DNA of 64,000 nucleotides from NCBI GenBank assembly GCA_963843165.1, contig CAWJJL010000052.1, forward strand, positions 1,145-65,144, in the 5' to 3' direction. The notes beneath the pieces were generated by a model. The model made no database searches and had not been told where the DNA came from. It was given only the letters and a program-made list of their open reading frames with translations. Source of the DNA: an uncultured delta proteobacterium. Lineage in GTDB: Bacteria; Desulfobacterota; Desulfomonilia; Desulfomonilales; Desulfomonilaceae. The translations under genes were made by a program, and so were the position numbers. Of the stretch, positions 60,840 to 64,000 are shown piece after piece. Positions within the stretch are counted from its first letter, which is position 1. Every line of letters begins with the position of its first letter.

Positions 60840-62865
60840 CTACTTGTGAACAAATTCCGCTTTAGCCTTCGAGCCTTTTTCAACAAAAGTGTTCATTCCA
60901 ATGCGGCGATCTTCTGTGCTCCAGCATTCGCCGAACAGCCTTGCTTCGTTCTTCAAGCCATCATCCAGTTCCATCTTGGCGCCTTCCAGGATGGCCTGAA
61001 CAGCTAATTTATCGATGGCTTTCGAGTGATGGCCAATATCAATATCCGGCAATGTGGCCGGCACGTTCGATAGCGGTCCCGTTTCGATTTTCTTTGGCTT
61101 GGTCTTCCCGGAAAGGAATTCGTGAGCCAGTTCGATGGCTCTATCCAGGACGTCTCCCTCAACTTCTTCGTCGATATAACCGCATGCCAGCGCCTCGGCT
61201 GAAGAAATCGGATTCGCTGTCCGTATCATGTAGCTTGCTTTTTCGAATCCGATAAGCCGCGGTAATCGCTGGGTTCCACCCATGCCGGGGATTGCCCCGA
61301 GGTTCACTTCGGGTTGACCTGCCAGGACTTTCAGTCCTTTAGGTGCCACCCTTGCGTCACAGCACATGGCCAACTCGCTTCCACCGCCAAAAGCAAGGCC
61401 ATTTAGTGCGGCCACGGTGGGCTTTCCTAGATCCGCTATTTTGTTGCAGGCTAGTTGGGCATTCCGAGCAAACGCTTCAGCTTGCGAAGGACCAGTGAAA
61501 GTTGACATTTCTTTAATGTCCGCTCCCGCAACAAAAGCTTTATTGCCATAACCTGTTACAACGAGAGCCTTTATGGATGGATCACTTTTTGACAACATCG
61601 CCCCAGTAACCTATTTCCTTGTTAAGTTTGCCGTTTAGAGCATTCAGAGCTTTTGGCCGACGAACTGTGAGAATTCCTATATCGCCTTTTTTCTCCAGGA
61701 TTATATCGAAGACTTCCCATGGCTTGCCCGAAGCAGCCTGGGCCTTGAGAGTCTTGGAAACAGGCATGTCAGGATACTTTTTCGCAAATGCCTCGACCAG
61801 AGCCAAAGCCTTGTCAACGCCAATTTCATTCATGAAACTGAACGGGGGTTTCATGTCAAGGGACACACCTACCAACAGGTCAAAGTCGCTGGTGGTGATG
61901 ATTTTCGAGTCCAACATGTCACACACCATCGCAAAATAAGCCCCCATAATCTCATCCGCGATTTGCCTCTCCTTTTCGGGGGGAACTTCGACCTTCTCCC
62001 CACGAGCAGGGACTTCCCAATCCTCTTTGGCGTCCACCAATTTTCTCAGCCGCTCGTGTGTCCTGTACCAGGGATTGAGACGTTTGTTCATCTCATCCAA
62101 TCCGTGAGCGCTTATTGGATTGCCGCCAACAAAATTTTGCGCTGCGAAAGGACCGATTGTCAGACCCAGGCACTTCGCTGCAACCGTATCAACCTGTTTT
62201 GTATCACCGAGTCCCGCCTCCACGCACTGTATCCCGGCCAGCATCAACCCCTCGAAAACAGGGTCTACCGCATATCCATACCTGGAACCGACCTTGACCG
62301 GAATTTTACCTGCCGTCTCGTAGAAGCGCATCATGAATTCAGTGAGTTCTGGGTTCGTATCCTTGCTCGGGATAATTTCCATCGCGGGATTACGATCAGC
62401 TGGGAAGAAATAATGCGTGCACAACGATCTACCTTTGTGCTTCAGCTCTTCAAAGATACGTTCCGGCTCGATATGGGAGGAGTTGCTGCTCAGGAATGCT
62501 TCGGGACTCACCATGTCTTCCACTTGCTTGAAGATCCGACGCTTAAGAGGAAGGTCTTCTGTTGCAGCCTCCAAAACCCATTCCGCACCTTTGAGCTGTC
62601 CGTAATCCGAACTAAAAGTCACGAGGCCCTTCATATTCTCGACTTGATTGGGTTTGAGCCTGCCGGTCTCGCCGGCTTTATCCAACTTCTTGAACAGTTT
62701 TGCCTTTCCCTTTTCCAGAGCTGCGTCCACAACGTCTATGACGACGACCTGAACGTCGTAAGGATGCAAGACTTGAAGGAATTGCAGAGCGATATCAGGA
62801 CCAATGTGCCCGGAGCCGATCACTCCGATCTTGTTGATGAGACGCCCACGAAATGAAAACGCCAT
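60840..62865 (-). CDS. Fused 3-hydroxyacyl-CoA dehydrogenase (N) / enoyl-CoA hydratase (C), frame broken at C4/G4 run 61601-61604
   Basis: The N-terminal VIGSGHIGPDIA Rossmann fold and the 3HCDH C-domain are followed by the crotonase start GILTVRRPKALNALN at the end of ORF 61582..62865. The crotonase continues as SDPSIKALVVTGYGNKAFVAGADIKEM in ORF 60840..61598. Confidence 0.8.
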
Positions 62866-63796
62866 TTTCCATCCTCCTTGCGCTGATTGGCTCGGTGATA
62901 TTTAAGTACAGAGAGTGGATGAAGTCTTTAATTATCACCACTTCGGGTGGATTGTAAAGGAAAAGAACAGGCTTGCAGGAGGCGGCAAAACGGCATTGGC
63001 ATTGAGTTATGCGCCTGAGAATGCGGCTTTTGGGGATATTGATTCTTGCAAAAAATTCCCTAGAGTGAACTTTCTGTGTGCAGAAAAGTCGAGCTGTGGA
63101 TTTTTTTTCTTGCCATTGAGATCCATATTAGATAGCAATGTCAAGCGCATTCGAGTATCATGTTATGATCAGAGAATATGGATTAACCCTAAAATTGGTC
63201 TGAGACACGTAAACCAACTATGTCAACCATGGTACACTCGGTTTTTAGACGATTTATTGTGAAGTCATAGAGGTGAAATCGAGTGGTGCGAAATTCTTGA
63301 TAATGAACCATTGACCCACTAACAATGAACGCGGAAACTCTTTTGGTTATTTAACCTCTGTTCCCCGAGTTAATGACCTCGGCAGAGTGTATCGCGACCG
63401 TAGTTGTCATTTTTGATCGTTCTCTATAGAATACGAGCGATTCCCCAAGTGAACGATCTCAGAAAATCTATCGTTACAAGGTGGACTTTGGCCCTTCTCC
63501 CGAGAAAGTCTCCCTCAAGGTTCAAGTTTTTGTCGTTATGCATCTATCTAATGGAGACTATTCGAGCGCCATTCCTTCGGATTTGCACAGGAGCTGGGAT
63601 TTTCGGGTCCAAACTTTATCTACGGTTGACCGGAGAATTTTCTCTTTGAACAGAATACCACCCCATGTTATGTTTATTTGGAGCATAAATCGTCATAATG
63701 TCAGCAAATTCCCGGCCGGCAGACCTCCGGATCTGATCGCGTCTTATGGCAGAACCAACTGGTAGAGACTTTACCGCTGGTATAAAGGAGGAAAGT

Positions 63797-64000
63797 ATGT
63801 CGTTAGAAGGAAAACTTGCATTGGTAACGGGCGCGAGTATGCCGAAAGGCATCGGGAGGCACACTGCCCTCACGCTCGCTCAGCGAGGAGCGGATGTGGT
63901 GGTAACAGGCTTTCGCCACATGGAAGGGGCTGTGGCGCTGGCCGAAGAAATTAAGGCTATGGGACGGAAAGCTATGGCCGTTCAAATGGACGCCACTGTC
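63797..64000 (+). CDS. Short-chain dehydrogenase/reductase (FabG-like), 5' part; runs off the window
   Basis: RBS AAGGAGG is followed by ATG 63797 and MSLEGKLALVTGASMPKGIG (TGxxxGxG) ...GADVVVTG.... This ORF is not in the supplied track because it has no stop within the window. Confidence 0.75.
   Translation, partial: MSLEGKLALVTGASMPKGIGRHTALTLAQRGADVVVTGFRHMEGAVALAEEIKAMGRKAMAVQMDATV

Noticed and set aside
1595-62865. Programmed ribosomal frameshifting as the explanation for the split genes
   Set aside because: There is no shared slippery heptamer or downstream structure. The sites are simple 3-6-nt homopolymers in unrelated genes, in both +1 and -1 directions. Indel error is the simpler explanation.
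62996-63012. TGGCATTGAGTTATGC as a sigma54 (-24/-12) promoter
   Set aside because: The -12 element does not match TTGC at the correct spacing, and the orientation does not suit the adjacent minus-strand gene.
1-64000. Mobile element, prophage or defence island (restriction-modification, toxin-antitoxin, Cas, retron, abortive infection)
   Set aside because: No transposase, integrase, recombinase, reverse transcriptase, nuclease-ATPase pair or phage structural motif was recognised in any frame. The only repeat families are short palindromes and the 1.9-kb coding cassettes.

Overview
Chromosomal segment, about 50% GC by eye, from an anaerobic Desulfobacterota (deltaproteobacterium)-like organism. 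The taxon is inferred from gene content: HdrL/HdrBC/MvhD, MetF, 4-hydroxybutyryl-CoA dehydratase and a UGA-encoded selenoprotein. No rRNA, tRNA, CRISPR array, transposase, integrase or phage gene was recognised. Gene content by region: (1) 0.1-7.7 kb holds a thioesterase, a peroxiredoxin-like selenoprotein, purD, a nuclease, ABC transporter genes, a sugar nucleotidyltransferase and a ThiF-like E1. (2) 7.9-16.3 kb is a minus-strand redox cluster: abfD-like, hdrC-like, hdrB-like, a giant HdrA-GltD-HdrA fusion (HdrL type) and mvhD. (3) 16.9-22.7 kb holds a 7TMR-DISM/PAS/GGDEF cyclase, an HTH-REC regulator, metF and a PAS histidine kinase. (4) 22.8-30.5 kb holds an RND efflux system and a MacAB-like efflux system. 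(5) 30.6-34.8 kb holds a Spy/CpxP-like protein, a pentapeptide-repeat protein, a small secreted Cys-rich protein and RNase J. (6) 34.8-41.8 kb is an operon of two FAD-binding oxidases, a CCG-type Fe-S protein, an acyl-CoA dehydrogenase and a tartrate/isopropylmalate dehydrogenase-family enzyme. (7) 42.4-49.5 kb is the most unusual part: a tandem array with a period of about 1.9 kb. Its paralogous cassettes encode secreted ankyrin-repeat proteins and secreted proteins built from 11-12-residue Thr/Asp/Gly/Lys repeats with a Lys-rich tail, and the array ends in an ankyrin-SH3b fusion. (8) 50.2-60.6 kb holds MarR and IclR regulators and two convergent three-subunit xanthine dehydrogenase/CO dehydrogenase-family molybdoenzymes with CoxG and small Cys-rich ORFs. 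(9) 60.8-64.0 kb holds a 3-hydroxyacyl-CoA dehydrogenase/enoyl-CoA hydratase fusion and a partial SDR. Caveat: at least twelve otherwise conserved genes, including purD and rnj, are split by single-base frame shifts, mostly at short homopolymers. This looks like indel sequencing error, so the many frame breaks in the cassette array cannot be read as true pseudogenisation without read-level checks. All family calls come from motif recognition by eye; no database search was run.
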